A model generated the notes under the pieces. It had not been told where the DNA came from. It was given only the letters and a program-made list of their open reading frames with translations, and did not search any database. The position numbers and the translations under genes were made by a program. Shown one piece after another: positions 16,743-25,856 of a stretch of 34,885 bases of DNA. Position 1 is the first letter of the stretch. Every line of letters begins with the position of its first letter. Origin of the DNA: an uncultured virus (IMG/VR IMGVR_UViG_3300030060_003999) (Duplodnaviria > Heunggongvirae > Uroviricota > Caudoviricetes); IMG/VR virus record IMGVR_UViG_3300030060_003999, positions 62,001-96,885 of that record. One strand, written 5' to 3'.

Positions 16743-18250
16743 TTATACAAGGAAAAGAAGTTAAGCAAAAACTATTACAGGGAATTGATTTAGTTGCTAA
16801 TACAGTTAAACCAACTTTAGGGCCACAAGCAAAAACAGTTATTTTGCAGAATAACCCTCCAGTAATTATTAATGACGGAGTAACTATTACAAAGTATATT
16901 TCTCATGAAGACCCTTATATTCAAATGGGAATTCAAATGGTTCAAAACTTAGCAAGCCAAGCACAAGATAAATCGGGAGATGGAACTACTACTGCTTGTA
17001 TTCTTGCACAGGCTATTTGTCGTGCATTAATAACATTTGATAATGAATCAACCCACACTATGAATCAAACTCTTAATGGTCTAAAAGAAATGGTTCTTAA
17101 TAATTTAGAAAAAAGAACAATTGAAATTGAAGATGGAGATATTCTTAATGTGGCTACTGTTGCTGCAAATAATGATGCTGAATTAGGAATGCTAATTCAA
17201 AAAGCATTAGATGTAGTTGGTAGAGATGGAATTGTAACTGTTGAGGAATCTAATAACTATAATACTGAAATGATTCATAGAGAAGGAATGGAAATCCCTG
17301 AAGGATATATCAGTCATTTGATGTGTAATAAAGAAGGAGGAACAGTTGAGTTTGATAATCCACTTATCTTTATGTCTAATATTCCTTTCAGGGCATTTAA
17401 GGATATACTACCCATGCTTGAGTATTCTTCTTCACAGGGAAGACCTCTATTGATTCTTTGTAAAGGTATGGAGTCTAATGCTCTAAATAATCTTGTAATG
17501 AATCTAATTAACAAGACTGTTGAATGTGCGGTAATTCTTGCACCAAACTTCGGTGATGCTCAAATTGATGAATTAGGCGACCTTCAATCTTTGTTAGGTG
17601 GTAAAGTATTTAATCACGAAAGTAAAGATGATGCTACAAGTATTGTGGCAGGAGATTTTGGAACTTGTTCAAAAGTTGTAATTACAAAGGAAAAAACAAC
17701 ATTTGTTGGCGGTGAAGGAAATACTGATGCTAGAATTAAAACTCTTAAAGAAGTGGCTGAAACCATGAAAGGATATGATTTGGGAAGAATAAAGTCCCGT
17801 ATTTCAAGACTTAAAGGCGGAGTAGCGACAATTAAGGTTGGTGCTTCTTCTTCTATGGAAATGAGAGAAACTAAAGAAAGACTTGATGATGCTTTAAATG
17901 CTACAAAAGCAGCATTAGAATCAGGTATTGTTCTTGGTGGTGGAATGACTTTATTTGATATTGCTAATGATGAAAACATACCTGCATGGTTTGGTAATGC
18001 TTTAATCAAACCCTTTGAGGTATTGAAAGAAAATGGAGGCTTTAAGCAAGATTCTTTGAACAAAAAGATTAAGTCCTTGAGAAAGGATAATCCAAACATG
18101 GGGTATAATGCATTGACTAATCATTATGGTGATTTAAGCGAAGCAGGAGTATATGACCCAGTTAAAGTAACTGCAAATAGTTTCTTAGCCGCTATGTCTA
18201 TTTCTCAGTTGTTTTATTCAACAGAAGTTGCAGTATTAGTGGAGGAATGA
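16739..18250 (+). CDS. groEL: Group I (GroEL-like) chaperonin
   Basis: TLGP, NDGVTI, GDGTTT, VGRDGIVTVEE, APNFGD, ATIKVGA..E..E.KERLDDALNATKAA, GIVLGGG, GVYDPVKV. Confidence 0.93.
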   Translation: MIIQGKEVKQKLLQGIDLVANTVKPTLGPQAKTVILQNNPPVIINDGVTITKYISHEDPYIQMGIQMVQNLASQAQDKSGDGTTTACILAQAICRALITFDNESTHTMNQTLNGLKEMVLNNLEKRTIEIEDGDILNVATVAANNDAELGMLIQKALDVVGRDGIVTVEESNNYNTEMIHREGMEIPEGYISHLMCNKEGGTVEFDNPLIFMSNIPFRAFKDILPMLEYSSSQGRPLLILCKGMESNALNNLVMNLINKTVECAVILAPNFGDAQIDELGDLQSLLGGKVFNHESKDDATSIVAGDFGTCSKVVITKEKTTFVGGEGNTDARIKTLKEVAETMKGYDLGRIKSRISRLKGGVATIKVGASSSMEMRETKERLDDALNATKAALESGIVLGGGMTLFDIANDENIPAWFGNALIKPFEVLKENGGFKQDSLNKKIKSLRKDNPNMGYNALTNHYGDLSEAGVYDPVKVTANSFLAAMSISQLFYSTEVAVLVEE

Positions 18251-18456
18251 ATATGAAAGAAATAACATTTACGAAGAAAGACATAACATCAATATCATTT
18301 AGCAGGGGATATATGTTTCATACAATTACTTTTTTGTTAAACGATGGTAAAAAACTTAGAGTTAGCACAGGAGATTTAATGACGCTATTTATGGCTAGTA
18401 GTGCTAAGAAGTTTAATGCTGTTTTGAAAAGAAAGTATTATCATATGGAGGATTAA
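18247..18456 (+). CDS. Hypothetical protein
   Basis: ATGA-coupled ORF. Confidence 0.7.
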   Translation: MNMKEITFTKKDITSISFSRGYMFHTITFLLNDGKKLRVSTGDLMTLFMASSAKKFNAVLKRKYYHMED

Positions 18457-18458
18457 AA

Positions 18459-18860
18459 ATGGTAAAGAAAGGAAACTATACTTGTAGGTATTGTAGTAAG
18501 AATTACAAGCGTGGAAAATATACCACTTGTTGTAATCAATGCGCTCAAACTAAAGACTATTGTTTAACCGATGGTTGTAATAACAATTCAATTTTATTAG
18601 ATGGCTATACTATGAAAGGCTATCCTAAATTTGCAGGAAAAACAGTTTTATTAGGAGATGTTAAGGACAAAGCATTTAATTTTTGTAGGGATAATAACAA
18701 AGAAGGTGAATGGTTGTTCAATCATTGTCCTTCTTGTTTTGAAAAGGTAATTGGTGTTGAAGAACAAGACCATGAACTTGCGATTAAAATGTTAGATATG
18801 AGTCTTGAAGAACAAATGAAGGCTGATAGTGAAAATCAATGGAGGAATAGAAATGCTTGA
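18459..18860 (+). CDS. Cys-rich hypothetical protein
   Basis: CRYC, CCNQC, HCPSC; GGAGG RBS. Confidence 0.75.
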   Translation: MVKKGNYTCRYCSKNYKRGKYTTCCNQCAQTKDYCLTDGCNNNSILLDGYTMKGYPKFAGKTVLLGDVKDKAFNFCRDNNKEGEWLFNHCPSCFEKVIGVEEQDHELAIKMLDMSLEEQMKADSENQWRNRNA

Positions 18861-18963
18861 TGATAAAGACATTGTAAGAATGACTATTGTTTACAAAGAC
18901 GGCTCAATGACTATTCTCGTAAGAGATGGTAATGTAATGAGAATTGAACGGAGGCAAAAGTAA
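18853..18963 (+). CDS. Hypothetical protein (36 aa, not in ORF track)
   Basis: GGAGG RBS; MLDDKDIVRMTIVYKDGSMTIL... Confidence 0.55.
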   Translation: MLDDKDIVRMTIVYKDGSMTILVRDGNVMRIERRQK

Positions 18964-19070
18964 TGGATTGTAAAAGATGTAAAAGGAGAATCAAGCCAAC
19001 AGATGAGTATTATCTTAGAAGATACGGTGTTTGTGAGAAATGTGTTAGGATTATGGGGAGTAAGAGATGA
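18963..19070 (+). CDS. Small Zn-finger protein (35 aa, not in ORF track)
   Basis: CKRC...CEKC; TAATG and ATGA overlaps. Confidence 0.6.
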   Translation: MDCKRCKRRIKPTDEYYLRRYGVCEKCVRIMGSKR

Positions 19071-19468
19071 AGACTAAGAAAGCAATAACTGTAACTTTAC
19101 CAGCCCCACATAAGGCTAAGATTCAATGTCCTATTTGTAAAGGAAATAAATGTGTTGTCTGTAATATGACAGGTAGTTTAGCAATTGATGTTGCACCAAA
19201 GATTCCTATTCAAAGAGCGCATATTATCAAATATGTTGTTGATAATATACACGAAGTTGCGAGAGAAATAACTCGTAAGTATGGATTAACACCAGAAATC
19301 AATACTTCTGAAGTATTAGAAGTCAATGGTTCTCAATATGAAATAGTTCAAGTATCTTCTTTAGGTGGAGTATGTTGGGTTGTTAATTGTTTAACTGAAC
19401 TAGATACACCGAGATACTTTACATCAAGGCAAGATTTAGATAAGTTTAAGCAGGGGTGGATGAATTGA
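19067..19468 (+). CDS. Protein with DnaJ-type Zn-finger-like motif
   Basis: CPICKGNKCVVCNMTG. Confidence 0.75.
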   Translation: MKTKKAITVTLPAPHKAKIQCPICKGNKCVVCNMTGSLAIDVAPKIPIQRAHIIKYVVDNIHEVAREITRKYGLTPEINTSEVLEVNGSQYEIVQVSSLGGVCWVVNCLTELDTPRYFTSRQDLDKFKQGWMN

Positions 19469-19677
19469 CAGATGAATTAGAAGTTATTGGAACTATTATC
19501 CGTGATGCCACTATGGAAGTAAAAGTAAAAAGAGGCAAGTATTGGAATATTGAAGTCTTGGATATTCGTTGGTTTAGAAGTAATAAACCAACAAACAAAG
19601 GTATTCGTTTGAATATGGAAGAAGCAAAAACATTATTAGATATATTAAGGAGAGATTTAGATGAAAAGAGTGAGTGA
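19456..19677 (+). CDS. PC4/YdbC-like ssDNA-binding protein
   Basis: VLDIRWF...PTNKGIRLNMEEAKTL matches the PC4 signature (DIR.W...PT.KGI.L..EE). Confidence 0.8.
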   Translation: MDELTDELEVIGTIIRDATMEVKVKRGKYWNIEVLDIRWFRSNKPTNKGIRLNMEEAKTLLDILRRDLDEKSE

Positions 19678-20053
19678 AGTTCAGGCTAAGATTAGTTTGA
19701 GAAAAGCAAATGAAGAAAGACAATACGGGAATAATGCTGTTCCTCGTTTTGGAACTTGTGCAGGTAAAATTATTGATTTGTTTGCACAATTTGTTGAAGA
19801 TGAAATGACTGTTCCGCCTAAAGGTGGTAGAGGTTGTAGAGTTCAAAAAGAACATATTGACCTTTGTTTTGGTAAGTTTTATCAGGCTATGAGAGAATTT
19901 ATGGATTCTGAACAAAAGGTTCAGACTGTTGTTAAAGAAGTAGTTGTAGAAGAAAGAATTAAACATATTGTATCAGAAGATGATGTCTCTCTATATCAAG
20001 ACATGATTAGTAGAATCAATGAATTAGAAGAAAGGCTAGGTGAAAAAGAATGA
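19661..20053 (+). CDS. Possible divergent histone-fold protein with C-terminal coiled coil
   Basis: Short helix, RQYGNNA loop, long helix, then RVQKEHIDLCF (compare KTIKAEDIELAL). Confidence 0.45.
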   Translation: MKRVSEVQAKISLRKANEERQYGNNAVPRFGTCAGKIIDLFAQFVEDEMTVPPKGGRGCRVQKEHIDLCFGKFYQAMREFMDSEQKVQTVVKEVVVEERIKHIVSEDDVSLYQDMISRINELEERLGEKE

Positions 20054-20256
20054 GAAAAGAACTAGCAGAAGAAATACAAAAAATGCTAGAAGATGTTAGA
20101 CAACAATTAATTAGTAGTCAAAAACTAATGATAAAATCAATTATAGGTTTATGTTCAATTGCATTAGCACATCTTCATAATCAAGATATAGATAAAGCAA
20201 AAGACAGTTTAGTATCTTTAATGACTCAATTAGAATCAAGGAGTGAGGACGCATGA
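20050..20256 (+). CDS. Hypothetical helical protein
   Basis: ATGA-coupled ORF. Confidence 0.7.
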   Translation: MRKELAEEIQKMLEDVRQQLISSQKLMIKSIIGLCSIALAHLHNQDIDKAKDSLVSLMTQLESRSEDA

Positions 20257-20618
20257 GTAATAAGTTATATTTGATTACAACAAACAATAAGAAGTTTGAA
20301 GAATGGTCTAAACAGAATAAGAAGCGTTTGAAGGGTCTTGCATTAGAACATTTTAATGCAGGTTATAATGATGTTTCTAATGGTAATTATTTAGCGAGAG
20401 CATCATTTGTTTGTTATTGGGAAATATACAATAACAACTCTTTAGCAAAGATAGCACCTGCTATGACTCAAGCATCATTAATTCACATGATGCACAGATT
20501 TATGGAAAGAGGACAACAAGAAGAAGTAATTGTTGTTCAACAATTAATGTCTAACTTCTTACGACTTCTTCAATCTTTGAATACACCTTTAGAGGCTGAA
20601 TCAGATGAAGAAGAGTGA
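20253..20618 (+). CDS. Hypothetical protein
   Basis: ATGA-coupled ORF. Confidence 0.75.
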   Translation: MSNKLYLITTNNKKFEEWSKQNKKRLKGLALEHFNAGYNDVSNGNYLARASFVCYWEIYNNNSLAKIAPAMTQASLIHMMHRFMERGQQEEVIVVQQLMSNFLRLLQSLNTPLEAESDEEE

Positions 20619-20823
20619 GTGGATATATTTAGCGAATGCTATGTGGACATATGCTGAAAAGCATGACGGGAAAATCAGTAGCCTGTTAAAAGAACTGGTA
20701 ATAATTGGAAATAAAAATATGGAGATGATTTTAAATGAATTGGCAGACAATGGCGAGAATGTTAGAAGCGACAGACCAACTGATACCAACGCAACAAATA
20801 GCGATGATTTCACGGAGTCTTGA
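20605..20823 (+). CDS. Hypothetical protein (3' part overlaps the ligase start)
   Basis: Fills the gap 20618-20735; GAGGCTGA RBS-like sequence. Confidence 0.55.
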   Translation: MKKSEWIYLANAMWTYAEKHDGKISSLLKELVIIGNKNMEMILNELADNGENVRSDRPTDTNATNSDDFTES

Positions 20824-22264
20824 TAACTTTGAAGATAAAGGACTAGTATTATCTATTTTAGATAAAGATGCACTACAAGCAAATAATCTAGGATTAGCAA
20901 AGGCTAAGAAATGGATGGCTAAAATCTTTGATGTTTTTGATGATGAAATTGATGGATTAATGGCGGCTCATAATGATTTAGGAGAAGCAATTTATCATAT
21001 AGATGTTTCAGCAGAAACAGATATTAATGCTGGTATTCTTTCAGTTAAGAGAGCCTTAGAATCCGACTGTGGTAAAATTGATTCTGATTCATTTAGAATG
21101 GTTGAAACTCTTATTGAAAATATGTCAGCCAATGAACGAAGATGGTTTGTTCGGTATTTGCTTAGAACTCCGAGAAACGGTATTAATCAAGGAACAGTTG
21201 CTAAGATTATGGCTAAACATTATGGAAAGAAGCAAGCAATTGTCAAGAAACATTTGAATTTTAATTCTATTGAAGTAGTTTGTTCTCATTATGATAATAG
21301 AACAGACCCTCCATGTAATTTAACCTATGGAAAATTCATCAAGCCAATGCTTGCTAAGGAAGTTCCGATGAATAAATGGCCGACTAATTTTGTAGTGGAC
21401 TATAAATACGATGGAAACAGGTATCAAATTCATATTGATGGCGATAAAACAATGATTTTTAATCGTAAAGGTAAAATTGTAACCCATCAATTCCCTGATA
21501 TTGTTGAGATTGTTCAAGAGTATGAGATTAATAATGCTATTTTAGATGGTGAAATCTATCCTATCTTAGAAAATGGCGCACCTGCACCTCATAAACAAAT
21601 GGGAACACGGGTTCATTCAAAGAATATTCAAGAGGCTATGGAACGAGTCAAAGTTAAGTGGGTTATTTTTGATTGTTTAATGCTTAATAATGAAACAGTT
21701 ATGGATTTGTCTTACACTCAGCGACTTGACCGTATGAAAAACCTACCGAATCAAGCACATAGAATTACAGAAGGCGACATTATGGCCTTTTACCATGAAG
21801 CAATCAACGAAGGATTTGAAGGAATCATCGTTAAAGATGCAAGCCAATCTTATCAATCAGGAAAACGCTCCGTTTTCTGGGCTAAATACAAACCTCCGCA
21901 GATAAATCTTGATGTTATTATCCTTTCAGCAAAATATGGAGAAGGGAAACGCTCAAGTGTTTTCGGCACTTATGAACTAGGGGTGAAGGCTAATAATGGT
22001 TATCATTCGGTTGGTTGGTGTGGAACTGGGTTTAGTGATGCCGATTTAATCAGTTTAACTAATACACTACGAAGAAATGTTGAATCATTTAAGGATGGTC
22101 AGTTCTTTGTTTCTCCAAAGATTGTTTTGGAAGTAAAGGCTGATTTAGTTTCAAGAGATGCAGAAGGTAATTTAGGATTAAGATTTCCTAGATGTGTCCG
22201 TATTCGTGATGATAAGTTTGTTGCAGATATTAATACCTTAGAAGATGTGGAGAGATTAGAATGA
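20735..22264 (+). CDS. lig: ATP-dependent DNA ligase
   Basis: KPMLA, KYDGNR (motif I), LDGEI, IFDCL, EGIIVK, WAKYK, GTGFSD, LRFPRCVRIRDDK. Confidence 0.95.
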   Translation: MNWQTMARMLEATDQLIPTQQIAMISRSLDNFEDKGLVLSILDKDALQANNLGLAKAKKWMAKIFDVFDDEIDGLMAAHNDLGEAIYHIDVSAETDINAGILSVKRALESDCGKIDSDSFRMVETLIENMSANERRWFVRYLLRTPRNGINQGTVAKIMAKHYGKKQAIVKKHLNFNSIEVVCSHYDNRTDPPCNLTYGKFIKPMLAKEVPMNKWPTNFVVDYKYDGNRYQIHIDGDKTMIFNRKGKIVTHQFPDIVEIVQEYEINNAILDGEIYPILENGAPAPHKQMGTRVHSKNIQEAMERVKVKWVIFDCLMLNNETVMDLSYTQRLDRMKNLPNQAHRITEGDIMAFYHEAINEGFEGIIVKDASQSYQSGKRSVFWAKYKPPQINLDVIILSAKYGEGKRSSVFGTYELGVKANNGYHSVGWCGTGFSDADLISLTNTLRRNVESFKDGQFFVSPKIVLEVKADLVSRDAEGNLGLRFPRCVRIRDDKFVADINTLEDVERLE

Positions 22265-22647
22265 GTAAAGAAGGCGCAAATTGGAATGCAAAGTATGTAA
22301 TGAACCCTAGTGGTAGAGCCTATAAAATTAAGGATTTAAGTTTGAAACAAACTAATTCATTTATTGGTGGCGCACATGGAAGAATGAAAACAGATAAGAT
22401 TGTTTTAGAAGGTCTTTATCAAAGAAGGGCACAATTGCTTGGAGAACCAATGGAAGAAGGAAAAGTCCGAAGAAAGGTTTTTGAGAACCTTCAATTCAAA
22501 GAAAAGAAAATGAATTGGGAAATTCGTAATGCAGATGAAGGGGCTAGAATTAAGGCTATTGTTTTGATGGCTCTAAAGCATTTAGAGAATGGTGCTGATG
22601 TTTCCTTAATTAAGGCAATTCTAATACAAGCGAGGGATGAAGAATGA
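22261..22647 (+). CDS. Hypothetical protein
   Basis: ATGA-coupled ORF. Confidence 0.75.
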   Translation: MSKEGANWNAKYVMNPSGRAYKIKDLSLKQTNSFIGGAHGRMKTDKIVLEGLYQRRAQLLGEPMEEGKVRRKVFENLQFKEKKMNWEIRNADEGARIKAIVLMALKHLENGADVSLIKAILIQARDEE

Positions 22648-23087
22648 TTCAACAGGGAGAAATGACTATTATTGATACTACAACATATCGTTGTATTAAA
22701 ATTGATAAAGAAGGTAATGCCCATTTAAAGAATATCTTGCATGAACAAGGCAGACCTAAAATTGTAAAACAAAAATACTGTCCTTATATTGTAGATGGTC
22801 AATTAATTGTTCCAGACAAACCTAAACCAAAACCAATTCCACGAACAACTAAGATTAATGTTACACAATTAATTAAAGAAAATACAGAACTAACTATTTC
22901 AAATAGCGCAAAGTATTTTATTAGTGAATGGGTTGAAACCGCAATTGCTAATCTCATAGCCAATGCCGAGCAAAATGCTATAAATCGGGGCGACAAGCGC
23001 ATTACCGCAGGTCATTTCTTTTGGCTGGAAACGAACACCGCACCTAATGGTTATTGGAAAGAACACGAAGAATATATGCAGGATTGA
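22644..23087 (+). CDS. Histone-fold protein with N-terminal beta-rich extension
   Basis: VTQLIKENTELTISNSAKYFISEWVETAIANLIANAEQNAINRGDKRITAGHF aligns by eye with the alpha1-L1-alpha2-L2 pattern of archaeal histones. Confidence 0.7.
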   Translation: MIQQGEMTIIDTTTYRCIKIDKEGNAHLKNILHEQGRPKIVKQKYCPYIVDGQLIVPDKPKPKPIPRTTKINVTQLIKENTELTISNSAKYFISEWVETAIANLIANAEQNAINRGDKRITAGHFFWLETNTAPNGYWKEHEEYMQD

Positions 23088-23090
23088 GGA

Positions 23091-23447
23091 TTGATGTTTA
23101 ATGATGAACAAATACAACATTGGATTGAAACTCACGGTCTTGCCACTAGTTTTACATTTGTAATCTATGGAGAGTTAAAACAACATGAAGTTGATTTACT
23201 AATTAAAGGATTAGTATTATGTCTTGATGAAATAGAAAATGGAAAGATTGCTATATTCTTTGATACAATAAATGAAGAACAAGCAGTTGCTTTTAATGTA
23301 TATCAAGGAACTAGCCTATCGTTTGTTTTTGCAGGAGATTTTAGCGCATTTGAAGAAGAAATCAAAGTAGTGATATTAGATGGCTTAGAGTATCTAAGAT
23401 ACAAAGTAGATTATTTAGGAACATACAGGAGTAATTCATATGTATAG
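23091..23447 (+). CDS. Hypothetical acidic protein
   Basis: ORF between coupled neighbours. Confidence 0.7.
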   Translation: MMFNDEQIQHWIETHGLATSFTFVIYGELKQHEVDLLIKGLVLCLDEIENGKIAIFFDTINEEQAVAFNVYQGTSLSFVFAGDFSAFEEEIKVVILDGLEYLRYKVDYLGTYRSNSYV

Positions 23448-23835
23448 TAAAGATATGTTGGCAGGTATTCTCTTAGGAGCATCTAAAGTTGATTTCAATA
23501 TTGAAAGAGCAAATGATTCTCAAATAGGTTATAGGGTTAAACTCAAACTAATTATTAGGGCTGACCTTTCTTTCCTTGTAGGAATACAACGCTCACTTGA
23601 ACAACATCAGATTTCTTCTAATCTAAAAGAAAAAGAAAGCAAAACAAGACCAAAGCCTATTCTTAAAATAGGAGGCATCAAAAACCTTTACAAAATAACT
23701 CAACTAGTTCCTATATTACCTGATGCAAAAGGTGAATGGGGAGTATTTAGAGAAGTAGTAAAATTACTTGATGAAAATAAACATAGAACTGCCGAAGGGC
23801 TAGATAGAATACTACAATTGAAAGGGGTAATTTAA
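23440..23835 (+). CDS. Single-motif LAGLIDADG-like protein, apparently catalytically degenerate
   Basis: MLAGILLGASKVDFNI...GYRVKLKLII...HRTAEGLDRILQLK; lacks the acidic residue of the LAGLIDADG helix. Confidence 0.65.
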   Translation: MYSKDMLAGILLGASKVDFNIERANDSQIGYRVKLKLIIRADLSFLVGIQRSLEQHQISSNLKEKESKTRPKPILKIGGIKNLYKITQLVPILPDAKGEWGVFREVVKLLDENKHRTAEGLDRILQLKGVI

Positions 23836-24680
23836 TGGGATTAACCACAATGAATAACGATAGAACAATACTAATAACTGGAAAACAAGGAACGGGCAAA
23901 TCAACTAAAGCAAAAACATTTGTAAATAATCCTGTTGTTTTATACGCAAATGATATTGATTTTGATGTAGGTTCGTTTCCTGTGGAGCAGGGAATTATCA
24001 TTGAAGATGTTCACTATAAACCAGACAAAAGCGCAATACTTGATATTATTAGAAGATATAGAGGACAAGTGGTTCTTACTTCTATTAATCAAAAAAGTGT
24101 TCCTAAAGAAATATTTGATATGTGTAAAGTAAAAAGAGCAGGTAGTAAAAACTATTTGTTGGATGAGATTAAATCACTAGCACCTAATTCAGTAGCCCCT
24201 CTTTCATGGGAAAGAGATACATATAAATTAGTATATGAGTATCTTAAACAGTCTGATAGAGAAGTAATTCGTAAATTATTACTTTATAACAAGCCGTCTG
24301 ATACTCAAATAATTACTTGGTTGAATGAAAATATGCATCCACATAGATTACTCTTTGTTGATGGAGTAGTTAAAAGAAGATGGAGTCAAAGGTATTTTTA
24401 CGAAATGCTTGCATATGCACATGATGGCGGTTTTAGAGGTAGATTAGAAATGCCTACAAGAAGGAAGTATTCTAAAGTTCCTTCTTTATCAAGAAGATTA
24501 GGAGTCAAAAACCCTAATGTATTGAAACAATTATTCAGCGACCCTGAATTCAAAGAATGGTCTAAAAAGAAACTAAACAACGCTGAGTGTCGTATTCTAA
24601 AAATAGGAGAAAAACGACGAAGAAAGAAAACAACACCAGTAGTTGTTGAACAAACTTCATTGGAGGATTTTATATGGTAA
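23835..24680 (+). CDS. Divergent RFC large-subunit-like clamp loader
   Basis: GKQGTGKST Walker A; IIIEDV Walker B-like; C-terminal PIP-like QTSLEDF; next to the RFC small subunit. Confidence 0.7.
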   Translation: MGLTTMNNDRTILITGKQGTGKSTKAKTFVNNPVVLYANDIDFDVGSFPVEQGIIIEDVHYKPDKSAILDIIRRYRGQVVLTSINQKSVPKEIFDMCKVKRAGSKNYLLDEIKSLAPNSVAPLSWERDTYKLVYEYLKQSDREVIRKLLLYNKPSDTQIITWLNENMHPHRLLFVDGVVKRRWSQRYFYEMLAYAHDGGFRGRLEMPTRRKYSKVPSLSRRLGVKNPNVLKQLFSDPEFKEWSKKKLNNAECRILKIGEKRRRKKTTPVVVEQTSLEDFIW

Positions 24681-24934
24681 GTAAATCCCTTGTTCCCAAA
24701 ATACAAAAGATATTAGATGGCAAAGAACTATCCGTTAGAGAAATAATGGAAGAACTTAAAAAACAAAACAATGAGAAAAAAGGCTCTAGTAAAAGAGTAT
24801 CTTCTTTTACAAGCAATCAAGTGGCTCAAATTATGAGATTTAAGCATTTTGAAAAAGCAGGATGGAGCAAAAAAACAAATTCAAATTTATGGAGGAATAA
24901 AAATGTTATGGACAGAAAAATACAGACCGAATAA
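24674..24934 (+). CDS. Small basic winged-helix-like protein
   Basis: ILDGKELSVREIMEEL...TSNQVAQIMR...LW. Confidence 0.55.
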   Translation: MVSKSLVPKIQKILDGKELSVREIMEELKKQNNEKKGSSKRVSSFTSNQVAQIMRFKHFEKAGWSKKTNSNLWRNKNVMDRKIQTE

Positions 24935-25814
24935 ACTAAACGAGATTATAGGACAACCACACTTTACTATGGATGCAAAAACATGGATTGAAGAAAAAAA
25001 CATGCCTAATCTTTTATTATACGGAAATCCAGGAAATGGGAAGACAGGAGCAGGTTTAGTTATTGGAAAAGAAATACTAGGTGATTCGTTTAGAGATAAC
25101 TTTGTAGAAGTAAATGCTTCCGATGATAGACGATTAGAAAATGTGCGAACAACTATTAAGAATATCGCACAAAGCGGAACAATTGGTGATGCTCCATTTA
25201 GAATAGTATTACTTGATGAAATGGATGGTATGACTAATGATGCTCAAAATGCACTAAAGCGTATTATGGAAAGATACGCAAGTAATGTAAGGTTTATTAT
25301 TACTTGTAATGATAGAAATAAGATTATCTTTGCACTTCAAAGTAGGTGTGCAAACTATCATTTTAAACCACTTTCTAATGAAGCCATGTTAGAAGTATTG
25401 ACTTCAATTCTTAAGGGTGAAGAAATAACTCGTTTCTCCCAAGATGAATTAGGGTCATTTATATACTCAATGAACGGTGATATGCGTAGGGCGATTACTG
25501 AATTACAGGCTGCTAAAGCCACTAATTCAACGCTCTCAAAGCAAATAGCGATTGGTTTAACTGACTATAATAAATTACTAATTTCAATAATCAATAAAAA
25601 TCACAATTCACTAAGCAGTATTCATAACCTTTTGCACGATGGTAGGACTATTAGAGAGATATGCGTAGGCTTGCACGATGCGGTTATTAATGCAGAAGAT
25701 GTAGAAAATAACATTAAATTCAAAATACTAAGAACATTAGGAGAAAGCGAATGGCGTTCCAATACAATGACACCCAAATTATTAGCCTCTTGGTTAATTG
25801 GGCAGTTAATGTAG
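24903..25814 (+). CDS. rfcS: Replication factor C small subunit
   Basis: LWTEKYRP, GNPGNGKT, EVNASDDR, LLDEMD, AQNALKRIME, LQSRC, GDMRRAI; GGAGG RBS before ATG 24903. Confidence 0.93.
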   Translation: MLWTEKYRPNKLNEIIGQPHFTMDAKTWIEEKNMPNLLLYGNPGNGKTGAGLVIGKEILGDSFRDNFVEVNASDDRRLENVRTTIKNIAQSGTIGDAPFRIVLLDEMDGMTNDAQNALKRIMERYASNVRFIITCNDRNKIIFALQSRCANYHFKPLSNEAMLEVLTSILKGEEITRFSQDELGSFIYSMNGDMRRAITELQAAKATNSTLSKQIAIGLTDYNKLLISIINKNHNSLSSIHNLLHDGRTIREICVGLHDAVINAEDVENNIKFKILRTLGESEWRSNTMTPKLLASWLIGQLM

Positions 25815-25856
25815 GAAAAACAAAAAAAACAAAAAAATAAATAATGAGGTGAAAAT

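Noticed and set aside
23440..23835. Active homing endonuclease, intron or intein
   Set aside because: No catalytic acidic residue, no interrupted host gene, and no intein terminal residues.
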